Shown piece after piece: positions 11,381 to 23,557 of a DNA stretch of 64,000 bases. Both the position numbers and the translations under genes were made by a program. The first letter of the stretch is position 1, and each line of letters begins with the position of its first letter. The stretch is from Octopus sinensis. Taxonomy: Eukaryota. The notes under the pieces are model-generated. The model saw only the letters and a program-made list of their open reading frames with translations, did not search any database and was not told the DNA's origin. The stretch is taken from the NCBI RefSeq assembly GCF_006345805.1, contig NC_042999.1, forward strand, positions 159,650,001-159,714,000, given 5' to 3'.

Positions 11381-13140
11381 CTTTCTTTATTGGCCACACA
11401 GGGCTGAACATAGAGGGTACAAATACAATGTAGAGTTTTTTTTTTATTTTCGAGGAGAAGGGCCAAAACAAGCAAAAATAAAAAATAAAAATAGGGACAA
11501 CGACCAAAAGGGATCGAAATGGCTTGAGAAATACAAAAGTCGAAAAAAGTTCCCAAAAGTGGGGAGGTTTATCCGTGGAAAAAATCACCTACGAAAAAAT
11601 CACGGTAACCTCGGGCAATAATATCACACAACATATTTACAAGTAGGTAACTCTCTTTTTTTTCATTTGTTTCTGGCTCATAGGATTACGCTCCATCATT
11701 CATACGTGCCTTCCTTGCTAGATTCACCCATCTTTTGTTGAAGCATTCACTAGACAAGCTTCCCTTTCTTCTCTCGCCTTCCTTTTCAAGTGATACTTGA
11801 AGAAGTTGATGACAGATTGACCAGAGAGGAAAGTGTTTGTCTCTAGTTCTTTCAGACGCGTCCACCAGACGCATTCTTTCGCCATAGCCACAAGCACGAT
11901 GAAAATGGCTCTTCCTTCCCGTTTGAAGGAAGGAGGCGCGACAATATTAACAATAGACTCGGCTAATAAACCGACACGTCCCACACGTGACAACAGTCGT
12001 TCGGCATAAGCCCACAGGTCGGAAATGTTTGGACACTGCACGAGTGCGTGCGGAACGGTTTCGTCGCTCTGACCGCATCTCGAGCAGGTCGGCCCGGTGT
12101 TTCTCGAGCCATGCCTGTAGAGCTTATCCCGAACGGGTAGCGCTTGTCGATAGCACTAACAGGCTAGGGATCTCTGGAGGTTATCCATAGGTCCAGGCAC
12201 GAAAGTCGTCTTGAACAGGCGGGTCAGGTATTCCTCGTCGACGCCCAGGTTCGCCCCGAAACCGTCGTCGTATCTGCCCTCAACTAATACCCTATAGAAA
12301 ACTTTGGTTGTGATGCAATCGCTCAAGGTGGACCCGGGACGGCATAGTTGGCCAAAATTTTCAAATCTGCATTGAGCAGAGTGATGGGTCTAAAGTTATG
12401 TATTACATCCCCCTTGTTTGGATCTTTCTTTAGCAGCGTTACGGCTTCTCGGCTCACAAAACCGGGGATACTCTCGTTTTGCTGCCAGTTGCAGTACAAT
12501 GTTGCCAAGACGTCTCCAAACAAGTCTGACATACAATTGTAAAGCTCGCAGGGCAAACCATCCAAACCCGGCGATTTGTTCCTCGTGCATTCCGCGATCG
12601 CGTCCCGCACGTCCGCCGCCGGGATGGCACCCTCGCAGCACTCTGCCTCTCTTTCCGAGAGTCGTGGCAGGCTGTGCAAGGCACTGAAGTCCACTCTGCG
12701 TTCTCCCTCGCCACTCGTCCCGAAAAGTCGGGCAAAATGCTGCTGAAACGCCTCATACATTTTGCAGGTCTCGAGTAATTCGCGCCCCTGTTCATCTACC
12801 AGAAACCGAATAGTGACTTTGTTGCCCTGTTAAGCCTCCGCCGCCCGGGTCTATCGTGCGGCTCCAACACCTTCGTTCCTTAGAGCACGCATCCTAGCCC
12901 TGACAGCACACCCTTCGTGTTTGGCGTTGAAGTGTCGAGGGCCAACCTCGCCGCCAAAACGTCGAAAGCGATGCCACTTCTAATCGCCTCTTCTAGCTTC
13001 TTAACTAGCTCACCCTTTACTTTGTTTCTATCTATCGCTAGTGCTTTGCTTTACCTAATCGCTTTTGCTTTTATTGCTCTCTTGAGGGCAAAACACCATT
13101 TTTGTTGATCATGGCTCCCGTCAAAGCTCTCTTTACGAGC
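11378..13140 (-). mobile_element. Tx1/L1-clade LINE, 5'-truncated, RT core internally deleted, (ATCT)n tail
   Basis: NKSPGLDGLPCELY, FRPITLLNADLKILAN, zf CSRCGQSDETVPHALVQCP, AATAAA followed by (ATCT)n at 11005-11378. Confidence 0.9.
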
Positions 13141-13153
13141 GTGCTAATTTTGA

Positions 13154-13216
<63 letters not shown>

Positions 13217-13289
13217 CGCGTGTGTGTGTGTGAGTGTGTGTGTGTGTGTGTGTGCGTGCGTGTGCGTGCGTGCGTGTGCGTGCGTGTGT

Positions 13290-13501
13290 GTGTGTGTGTA
13301 TGTATGTATTTGTGTGTGTCTGTGTTTGTCCCCACCATCGCTTGACAACCGATGTTAGTGTGTTTATGTCCCCGTGAATTAGCGGTTCGGCAAAAGAGAA
13401 CGATAGAATAAGTACTAGGCTTACAAAGAATAAGTCCTGGTGTCGATTTCTTCGACTAAAGGCGAGGCTTCAGCATGACCGAGTCAAATGACTGGAACAA
13501 G
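13290..13501 (+). mobile_element. Family C SINE 3' half; tail interrupted by the mariner and resuming at ~14702
   Basis: ttagcggttcggcaaaagag..aaatgactggaacaag|ta ... ta|aaagaataaaagaat. Confidence 0.8.
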
Positions 13502-13503
13502 TA

Positions 13504-14699
13504 CGAGGGGCGTTCAATAAGTAATGCCCCTGACCCACTTCCCATAGCAGTAGAGCAACGAAACTTGGCACAGTTATTAGTCTTTTTCTACATAGGAACC
13601 ACCCAGAGTTACGCATTTCTCCCATCGTTTGATGCGGCTCTGGAGACCGTTTTTGTAGAAGAACCCAGCTTGGTCCTCCAACCATGACGTGACTTCAGAA
13701 ATCAAGGCTGCATCATCTGGGAAACGCTTTCCTTTCAAAAACAACTTCATGATTGGGAAGAGGTGAAAATCAGAGGGTGCAAGGTCAGGAAAGTAGGGGG
13801 GATGGGGAGGAGTTCATAGCCATACGCTTGTGCTTCTGATCTGGCGACAAGCGAGTTGTGGACCGGAGCGTTGTCCTGCAGGAGGAGGATGCCTTTGCTG
13901 ATCTTGCCCCGCCTCTTGATTTTGATAACTTCTCTTAATTTCCTCAAAAGTGAAGCATAATAGGCTCCTGCAATTGTGGTACCCTTTGCCAGGAAATCTG
14001 TCATCACTACTCCGTCCTGGTCCCAGAAGGCTGTGAGCATGACCTTGCCAGCGGAGGGCTGCACCCTTGCCTTCTTTGGAAGGGTGAGTCACGGTGCTTC
14101 CACTGCATTGACTGGGCTTTGGTCTCTGGATCATCGTGATGGAGCCAGGTTTCATCCTGTGTAATCAGTCTTTTGAAAAATTTTGACTCATCTTCTTGGC
14201 ACATCTCCAAATTCACCCTCGAGCACTCGACGCGTTCTTGCCTCTGGAAAGGCGTGAGCAACCTGGGAATCCATCTGGCAGACACCTTTTGCATATGCAA
14301 ATGGTCACTTGACGGACAGATACCTCATCAATGGCAGAAGGGGGCGACCAGATCTGGGAGCTGTTTCCACAGAGTTCCGACCATGTTTGAATTCACGATG
14401 CCAGCGCTTTACAAGGTCATATGATGAGGCATCATCACCATAAGTTACTTTCATTTCATCAAAAGTCTCCCGTGGTGTGCGTCCTTTCAAATACAAAAAC
14501 TGAATCACTGCTCGACACTCAACAGGCTCTATTTCACACTTGACTCGGTTCAAGCACCTGTAAATCAGAAACCACATTTAATTCAGAGCTGTAATTTGTC
14601 ACTTACTCTATAGAGATATAAATAATTGCACAGACAAAATTTCAGCTAGATCAAACAACTGCAAGTGGGTCAGAGGCATTACTTATTGAACGTCCCTCG
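13504..14699 (-). mobile_element. mariner (DD34D-type) transposon, frameshifted with an internal deletion
   Basis: ~37 bp TIRs cgagggg/acgttcaataagtaatgcc..gacccactt, TA duplication (13502-03, 14700-01), HTH N-terminus, SARWIPRLL, ITQDETW, LQDNAPVH. Confidence 0.92.
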
Positions 14700-14894
14700 T
14701 AAAAGAATAAAAGAATAAAAGAATATATATATATATATATATATATAAAAGGGCTTAGTAAAATAAAATAAAATAAAAATAAAATGTAATAATGTAATTA
14801 TATAATGTAATAATTTGAATTCGCCTTAAATGGTCCCTTTGCATACTGAATACTTGGTGAAATTGATTAATTAATTAATTTTACCCTCAATTGT

Positions 14895-14941
<47 letters not shown>

Positions 14942-14942
<1 letters not shown>

Positions 14943-15149
14943 GTGACCGCGTGTGTACCGTTAGCGATTTTTTCCCCTCCGTCTTCCCTTCTTTGGATCT
15001 TTCCTTTTCTTATGTTTCTGACGAAGAGCTCTACTCGAAACGTTAAACCCTCCTTTTTTCCTTCTTTCCTGAATGTCCAATAATACTATACTTCTTCCAC
15101 GTCCTCGCGTTGTTGTGTTTTCTCTTTGTGTTTTCATGTTTGGATTAAC

Positions 15150-15150
<1 letters not shown>
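14942..15150 (+). mobile_element. Short non-coding Penelope-type terminal/retrozyme-like element inside (TA)n
   Basis: Carries a hammerhead motif; flanked on both sides by long TA tracts; no ORF. Confidence 0.65.
15014..15048 (+). ncRNA. Minimal type I hammerhead ribozyme (canonical CUGACGA core)
   Basis: gttt-CUGACGA-a-gag/ctc stem II-GAA-ACGU-U17-aaac; 4-bp stem I perfectly paired. Confidence 0.72.
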
Positions 15151-15234
<84 letters not shown>

Positions 15235-15629
15235 TCTTATATATACACGACGGCCTTTCAGTTTTCACCTACCAAATCCACTCACAAGGTGTCATACGGT
15301 GGGACTGAACCCAGAACTATGTGCTTGGGAAGCAAAATTTTTAACACACAGCCACGCCTGCGCATTACGAAAAACTTTGCAGAGTAAGCACCCATCGTTG
15401 TTCACTGTAGAGAGGTGTAGCTCTGACATGATAATGCAAGACTATATATTGTCCAGCTCACTCAGGAAAAGATTATGGCACTAAATATAGAAGTCATGTC
15501 TCAACCTCCTTACACTCCTTACCTTTTCAAATCACTGCATGCAGATTGGTCAAAACCCTATCCAAAAATTAAGCTTGTTGGAGCATTCTAAGAGGTACTA
15601 AAGTTGTCAAGAACTCAACTGTCAGTTAA

Positions 15630-15849
15630 CCCTTTCGTTACCAACCCAGCTGAAACTGGCTCTGGCTCTGAGTACAAATGTCTTGTTTTCATAAGTTTTG
15701 AATTAAAATCTCCCACCAAACCTTAGTCACAATTTATGTTCCTAACACTAGCTTAATAATAACTAAGTTATTTTACTTAATTCTTTGTTACATTTAAAGT
15801 AATTGAAAGAAACACAGAACATCTCAAAATAAATACAGTAACGAAAGGG
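15630..15849. mobile_element. piggyBac-type MITE
   Basis: TTAA on both sides (15626-29, 15850-53); 12-bp TIR CCCTTTCGTTAC/GTAACGAAAGGG. Confidence 0.88.
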
Positions 15850-16774
15850 TTAAAACATTTTAAAATCTGATGGTTACTACAAACATATGAAAGCTCTAAT
15901 TGAATTTTATGAATATTACAAAATATTTTTTTTTAATGTTAAAATATCATAGTAAAAAAAATGTGAAAACCAGATCAGAGGGAAAACTTATTTTGATCAA
16001 TTTGCTTTATCTGGGCTGAACTGTTGCAGAGCAATAATGTAAACGGCAGGGAGTATGGAAGAGATGTAAAAATCAAACATGCCGAGAAATGAGTGGCGTA
16101 TGATCTGTTATAGTATGATCTCAATTTGACATAAATTAAACAACAATCAGGTAAGCAAAGAACTAAGATGGGAATATTTGTATAATAATGATTTTCATAT
16201 CAACAGACCATCCAACATAACACACAAGCGCAAACTGACGAACGGATAAATCTTAAACAATATTTCTCTTCCTTTTTTTTTTTCAGGGAGGAAGAGACAG
16301 TCGACTAAGTAGATATTTTGTCCCCGTTAAGATGAAAAATATGTCGATATTCATTGGTACCGAACTAAAAGCATAAAAAGCCGTGAATAAAGACCCAAGT
16401 AATTTTGATCAACACATCATGATTTTGCCATTTACCAAGTGATAATTTTCAATGTATCTCTCCCCCATTTTAGCATCACGTTTATTGAATAATCGTAGTT
16501 CCATTGGAAAATTTTTATTTTCGTTAAAATAGTAAAAAACAAAGCTGAAATGCCAAACTTAATTACAATCATTGAAGCCAATATAATATTCGTCTCTTGA
16601 GGAAATTAAATCTTCTCGAGTATATTTTCCAAATCGTACACTTTCCAGTTTGAAATATTATTTAATATTATTTTCTATTTAAGATTTTCTTTGAACCATT
16701 CTAATGACATTCTGAAAGTCTTAAGAACATTGCAACTTCCCATTTCTGTGGTTTCATTAAAATAAACTAATTAA

Positions 16775-17575
16775 TAGACGCAGGCGTAGCTGTGTGGTAA
16801 GAGACTTGCTTCCCAACCACATGGTTCCGGGTTCAGTTCCACTACATGACATCCTGAGCAAGCGTCTTCTACTAAAGCCTCAGGTGTGTGTGTGTGTTTA
16901 TCTGTATCTCTGTGTGTCTGTGTATGTGTGTCTTTGTGTTTGTCCCCCACCAACACTTGACAACCTGTGTTGGTGTGTTTACGTTCCCGTAAACTAGCGG
17001 TTCGGCTAAAGTGACCAAAAGATTGGGATCTTTTCGGTTTGAACGGCAGTTTTTAACATAATTTCTAGGTAACTAAAAAGTTTTAAACTTCGTATACTGG
17101 TAGAATGTGTTTATAGAACATCTTTTTCTCTTGGCTTTATTGAGAAAATTCTATAGTTTGTAAGATATTTGTTTTGTTTATTTTTCTTCAATTTCTGCAA
17201 TTTCAACCATCACTGACGTCTATTGAGGTAAAAAACATTCTGTGCCGTATGAATATGTTCCTCGTTTAAGAAACAGATTGGGTTTATTTACATTTGTGAA
17301 GAGAAAAAAGATACCCTTCCCCCCACCCCTAACCCTAACCCTAACCCTAAAATAGATTGAAATGCAATAGATCGATACTAGGGTCATAATTATGGGTGAC
17401 AATTTCATATGACACTGCTAGAAAAAAATTGCCGCTCAAACCGAAAAGATCCAAAGAATGAATACCAGGCTTAAAAAAAGTACTGAGGTCGATTAATTAG
17501 ACGAAAAGTTCTTCAAGGTGGTGCCCCAGCATGGCCGCAGTCTAATGGCTGAAGCAAGTAAAAGATAAAAGATGA
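16775..17575 (+). mobile_element. Family C SINE interrupted by a MITE at 17026-17452
   Basis: Head gcaggcgtagctgtgtggtaag, CORE-like box, tail resumes at 17453. Confidence 0.8.
17026..17452 (+). mobile_element. MITE with ~29-bp TIRs and 8-bp TSD (Merlin-like), copy 1
   Basis: TIR GGATCTTTTCGGTTTGAACGGCAGTTTTT; flanks aaagattg/aaagaatg; internal (CCCTAA)n. Confidence 0.85.
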
Positions 17576-18044
17576 TTTATTTATTCAGTTAGTCTGTAAT
17601 GCACAATCGGAAGTACAGGACTTATATTTTATTCATTTCAGTGAGACGAAAGTCATAATCGACTCCAGGACCGATTCTGCATACAAGCAATAGAGTGTAG
17701 TTGCCTAAGAGCATCTCGAAAGCCGAATAGTGGTGTTAAACGTGGAGAATTGGTATTTTGAATTTTTACAGAGCTAATCACTTGCTCTGTCATACGCCCC
17801 GAGTTATATTCATATATCAATCTATTTATTTCATTGGCTACCAGCACACACACTCACACACAACACACACATGGTCACAGACGTGTGCGTATGTGTGTGG
17901 ATCTTATTGATACTTTGGGTTCTTATCGATTCTTAGGGTTCGTGCACCACGAAGTTTTGTCAGTGAACAGGTCGCGGTTTCAAAGCGACGAAAATATTTT
18001 GACACAAATTAAATTTAAATGTTGAAGTGAATCTAACGGTTTGA

Positions 18045-18268
18045 GCTGGCAGTAACGTTAGCACGCCGGGCGAAATGCTTAGCAATATTTCGTCTGCCGT
18101 AACGTTCTGAGTTCAAATTCTGCCGTGGTCGACTTTGCCTTTTATCCTTTCGGGTTTTATTAAATAAGTACCAGTTACGCACTGGGGTCGTTATAATCGA
18201 CTTAATCCGTTTGTCTGTCCTTGTTTGTCCTCTCTGTGTTTAGTCCCTTGTGGGTAGTAAAGAAATAG
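18045..18268 (+). mobile_element. Family B SINE (paralogue at ~21385-21815 carries a second nested copy)
   Basis: gagctggcag..acgttagcacgccgggcg head, Nin/Deu core, aaagaaata tail. Confidence 0.85.
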
Positions 18269-18322
18269 GTTTTTTTGTGTATTCTTAAATGGCTTATAAA
18301 CATCTTCCACGCTGCAATTGTA

Positions 18323-18368
<46 letters not shown>

Positions 18369-18547
18369 TATGTATTAATATATCCATGCAGACATTTATG
18401 TATGCATGGATAAGCATATGCATGCAAATATGTGTGTATGTGTATATATAAATATAAGTATACGGCCGTTGATGAGTTGAGAAAAAATAAACGGCATAGA
18501 GAGTTAAAGCCATTGTCAATAGAGTCAAGGTATTCTGGGGAAAATAA

Positions 18548-18820
18548 GAGGCGCAATGGCCCAGTGGTTAGGGCAGCGGGCTCGCGTTCGGAGGATCGCG
18601 GTTTCGATTCCCAGACCGGACGTTGTGTGTGTTTATTGAGCGAAAACACCTAAAAGCGACCCTTGTTGTACTCTTTCGCCCCAACTTTCTCTCACTCTCT
18701 CTTCTTGTTTCTTGAGTAACGCTGCGATGGACTGGCGTCCTGTCCAGCTGGGGGGAATACATACCCCATAGAAACCGGGAAGCCGGGCCCATGAGCCTAG
18801 CTAGGCTTGAAAAGGGCGGC
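18548..18820 (+). mobile_element. Family A SINE, tail type iii with V-domain-like segment (paralogue 22097-22400)
   Basis: Family A head/body followed by gctgcgatggactggcgtcctgtccag. Confidence 0.8.
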
Positions 18821-19077
18821 GTTTATTGTTTTTTATTCTGGTGAAAACCAGACAGAACAATCATAAATGAACGATTCAGGCATGGCAACGGAAGCAAAGA
18901 GAGGCGAAACCGTACGGTGAATGGAAGAGAGAGAGAGAAAGAGAAGAGGAAGAAGAAGAGTGATGAGTTGGAAAAAAAGAACGAAAGGAAAGAGAAAGAA
19001 AGAAATGAGGGAAAGTAAGAGAAAGAATAAAAGAGGGGCGACATGGGATGGAAGAAATAAAGACAAGAAGAGATAAG

Positions 19078-19500
19078 GGATCTTTTCGGTTTGAACGGCA
19101 GTTTTTTCTAGCAGTGTCATATGAAATTGTCACCCATAATTATGACCCTAGTATCGATCTATTGCATTTCAATCTATTTTAGGGTTAGGGTTAGGGTTAG
19201 GGGTGGAGGAAGGGTATCTTTTTTTCTTCACAAATCTAAATAAGCCCAATCTGTTTCTTAAACGAGGGACATATTCATACGGCACAGAATGTTTTTTTAC
19301 CCCAATAGACGTCAGTGATTGGTTGAAATTGCAGAAATTGAAGAAAAAAAACAACAAATATCTTACAAACTATAGAATTTTCTCAATAAAGCCAAGAGAA
19401 AAAGATGTTTTATAAGCACATTCTACCAGTATACGAAGTTTTAAAGCGTTTAGTTACGTGGAAATTATTTTAAAAACTGCCGTTCAAATCGAAAAGATCC
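19078..19500 (-). mobile_element. Merlin-like MITE, opposite orientation
   Basis: Same TIRs; perfect 8-bp TSD gagataag. Confidence 0.88.
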
Positions 19501-19651
19501 GAGATAAGCGATAGTTAGAAATCAAAGAGAGGACAGTAATAAAAAACATTAATGGCCTTGATGTGTGTGACTGATCGTCACACTCCAAAAACATTTGCAT
19601 TGTCTTTAGGTCAAACACTATCTAGAATCTAGAAAATGTATTTATATTTGA

Positions 19652-20033
19652 CTAGCAGTATCGCCCGGCGTTGCTCGGGTTTGTAAGGGAAATAACTATA
19701 AAGCATTTTTAGAGAGTTATAGCCAAAAAATAGCAAAAAAATGGGGAAAAAAATGATGGTAAATCTTTTTTAGTTAAAAAGGTCGAGTTGCGTCTCCTAG
19801 ACAGTCTGTGGTTTGTGTTTCTGATTCTCGACCCCATGTCGAATTTATCGATTTTTTTCAGAACTGGGGGAACTTTTCAAAATTTTCGCTGCGTTAGTTT
19901 TGAATTATGACATTGGGCTATGTGTGTGTTAAGTTTCATCAGAATCGGTTGAAAGCCGTGGTCACGGTGAGGGTACAACCTAACAGACACACAGAAACAC
20001 ACACAGACAAACTGCCGTTTATATAGAGAGAGA
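19652..20033 (-). mobile_element. Non-autonomous Helitron
   Basis: 5' TC, 3' hairpin cccgagcaacgccggg + CTAG; inserted between A and T without TSD; empty paralogous site at 23217/23218. Confidence 0.93.
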
Positions 20034-20373
20034 TATAGGCTACTTACTCTCATGATCAGCTTAAATCTATGATCTTGGGTCATTACTACTATCTTACATT
20101 GGGAGTGAAGCGCCTTAGAAAAAATGGAGAGTAAAGGGAACGAAAAAAATCAGCAGTAATAATATTATGAAGAGACGGTGGAGAAAGTAGCAGCAGCAGT
20201 GGAAAGTAGATAGGGTGAAAAAATATTAGGTTAAAAATATAAAATAAAATTTTTTTAAATCAAACAAAAAAGATAAATTACAAAATTTGCAATTATCCTT
20301 TAGGCATCATACCCATTTGACCATTGCCTCTCACTATAGAATTAAAGTTATTTAGGAAACCGGCTAAAGAATT

Positions 20374-20792
20374 GGATCTTTTCGGTTTGAACGGCAGTTT
20401 TTAACATAATTTCTAAGTAACTAAACGCTTTAAAACTTCGTATACTGGTAGAATGTGTTTATAAAACATCTTTTTCTCTTGGCTTTATTGAGAAAATTCT
20501 ATAGTTTGTAAGATATTTGTTGTTTTTTTTCTTCAATTTCTGCAATTTCAACCAATCAGTGACGTCTATTGAGGTAAAAAAAACATTCTGTGCCGTATGA
20601 ATATGTCTCTCGTTTAAGAAACAGATTGGGTTTATTTACATTTGTGAAGAAAAAAAGATACCCTTCCCCCACCCCTAACCCTAACCGTAAAATAGATTGA
20701 AATGCAATAGATCGATACTAGGGTCATAATTATGGGTGACAATTTCATATGACACTGCTAGAAAAAAATTGCCGTTCAAACCGAAAAGATCC
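20374..20792 (+). mobile_element. Merlin-like MITE, hybrid middle copy
   Basis: Left flank matches the copy at 23558, right flank matches the copy at 17026. Confidence 0.85.
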
Positions 20793-21869
20793 AAAGAATG
20801 AATACCAGGCTTAAAAAAGTACTGGGGTCGATTAATTAGACGAAAAGTTCTTCAAGGTGGTGCCCCAGCATGGCCGCAGTCTAATGGCTGAAGCAAGTAA
20901 AAGATAAAAGATGATTTATTTATTCAGTTAGTCTGTAATGCACAATCGGAAGTACAGGACTTATATTTTATTCATTTCAGTGAGACGAAAGTCATAATCG
21001 ACTCCAGGACCGATTCTGCATACAAGCAATAGAGTGTAGTTGCCTAAGAGCATCTCCAAAGCCGAATAGTGGCGTTAAACGTGGAGAATTGGTATTTTGA
21101 ATTTTTACAGAGCTAATCACTTGCTCTGTCATACGCCCCGAGTTATATTCATATATCAATCTATTTATTTCATTGGCTACCAGCACACACACTCACAGAT
21201 GACACACACATAGTCACAGACATGTGTGCGTATGTGTGTGAATCTTATTGATACTTTGGGCTCTTATTGATTCTTAGGGTTCGTGCACCACGAAGTTTTG
21301 TCAGTGAACAGGTCGCGGTTTCAAAGCGACGAAAATATGTTAACACAAATCAAATTTAAATGTTGAAGTGAATCTAACGGTTTGAGCTGGCAGTAACGTT
21401 AGCACGCCGGGCGGGCGAAATGCTTAGCGTTATTTCGTCTGTCTTCGTGTTCTGAGTTCAAATTCCGCCGAGGTCGACTTTGCCTTTTATCCTTTCGGGG
21501 TCGATAAGTTAAGTACCAGTTACGCACAGGGTCGATGTAATTGACTTAATCCATTTGTCTGTCCTTGTTTGTCCCCTCCATGTTTAACCCCCTTGTGGGC
21601 AATAAAGAAATAAGAAACGTTAGCACGCCGGGCGAAATGCTTAGCGTTATTTCGTCTGCCGTGACGTTCTGAGTTCAAATTCCGCCGAGGTCGACTTTGC
21701 CTTTCATCCTTTCAGGGTCGATTAAATAAGTACCAGTTACGCACTGGGGTCGATATAATCGACTTAATCCGCTTGTCTGTCCTTGTTTGTCCTCTCTGTG
21801 GGTAGCAAAGAAATAGTTTTTTTGTGTAGTCTTAAATGGCTTATAAACATCTTCCACGCTGCAATTGTA

Positions 21870-21917
<48 letters not shown>

Positions 21918-22653
21918 TATGTATTAATATATCCATGCAGACATTTATGTATGCATGGATAAGCATATGCATGCAAATATGTGTGTATGTGTATATATAA
22001 ATATAAGTATACGGCCGTTGATGAGTTGAGAAAAAATAAACGGCATAGAGAGTTAAAGCTATTGTCAATAGAGTCATGGTATTCTGGGGAAAATAAGAGG
22101 CGCAATGGCCCAGTGGTTAGGGCAGCGGACTCGCTTTCGGAGGATCGCGGTTTCGATTCCAAGACCGGACGTTGTGTGTGTTTTTTGAGCGAAAACACCT
22201 AAAAGTTCCACGAGGGTCCGGCAGGGGGGGTGGCGACCCTTGTTGTACTCTTTCGCCCCAACTTTCTCTCACTCTCTCTTCCTGTTTCTTGAGTAACGCT
22301 GCGATGGACTGGCATCCCGTCCAGCCGGGGGGAACACGTACGCCACACAAACCTGGAAACCGGGCCCATGAACCTGGCTAGGCTTGAAAAGGGCGGCGTT
22401 TATTGTTTTTTATTCTGGTGAAAACCAGGCAGAACAATCATAAATGAACGATTCAGGCATGGCAACGGAAGCAAAGAGAGGCGATAACCGTACGGTGAGT
22501 GGAAGAGAGAGAGAAAGAGAAGAGGAAGTAGAAGAGTGATGAGTTGGAAAAAAAAGAACGAAAGGAAAGAGAAAGAAAGAATGAGGGAAAGTAAGAGAAA
22601 GAATAAAAGAGGGGAGACATGGGATGGAAGAAATAAAGACAGGAAGAGATAAG

Positions 22654-23066
22654 GGATCTTTTCGGTTTGAACGGCAGTTTTTTCTAGCGGTGTCATACGA
22701 AATTGTCACCCATAACTATGACCCTAGTATCGATCTATTGCATTTCAATCTGTTTTAGGGTTAGGGGTGGGGGAAGGGTATCTTTTTTTTCTTCAGAAAT
22801 GTAAATAAACCCAATCTGTTTCTTAAACGAGGGACATATTCATACGGCACAGAATGTTTTTTTACCTCAATAGACGTCAGTGATTGGTTGAAATTGCAGA
22901 AATTGAAGAAAAAAAAACAACAAATATCTTACAAACTATAGAATTTTCTCAATAAAGCCAAGAGAAAAAGCTGTTTTATAAACACATTCTACCAGTATAC
23001 AAAGTTTAAAAGTGTTTAGTTGCGTGGAAATTATTTTAAAAACTGCCGTTCAAACCGAAAAGATCC
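22654..23066 (-). mobile_element. Merlin-like MITE (duplicate of 19078-19500)
   Basis: TIRs and TSD gagataag. Confidence 0.88.
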
Positions 23067-23557
23067 GAGATAAGCGATAGTTAGAAATCAAAGAGAGGAC
23101 AGTAATAAAAAACATTAATGGCCTTGATGTGTGTGATTGATCGTCACACTCAAAAAACATTTGCATTGTCTTTAGGTCAAACACTATCTAGAATCTAGAA
23201 AATGTATATATATTTGATATAGGCTACTTACTCTCATGATCAACTTAAATCTTTGATCTTGGGTCGTTACTACTATCTTACATTGGGAGCGAAGTGCATT
23301 AGAAAAAATGAAGAGTAAAAGGAACGAAAAAAGTCAGCAGTAATAATATTATGAAGAGACGGTGGAGAAAGTAGCAGCAGCAGTGGAAAGTAGATAGGGT
23401 GAAAAAATATTAGGTTAAAAATATAAAATAAAATTTTTTTAAATCAAACAAAAAAGATAAATTACAAAATTTGCAATTATCCTTTAGGCATCATACCCAT
23501 TTGACCATTGCCTCTCACTATAGAATTAAAGTTATTTAGGAAACCGGCTAAAGAATT

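Larger units (their letters stand above)
17026..23557. repeat. Direct tandem duplication: unit 1 17026-20373, unit 2 20374-23557
   Basis: Collinear content (SINE C tail, SINE B, SINE A, inverted MITE, unique spacer); Helitron only in unit 1, extra SINE B only in unit 2. Confidence 0.93.

Noticed and set aside
19185-19205. Telomere or chromosome end
   Set aside because: Only a few TTAGGG units, internal to a MITE.
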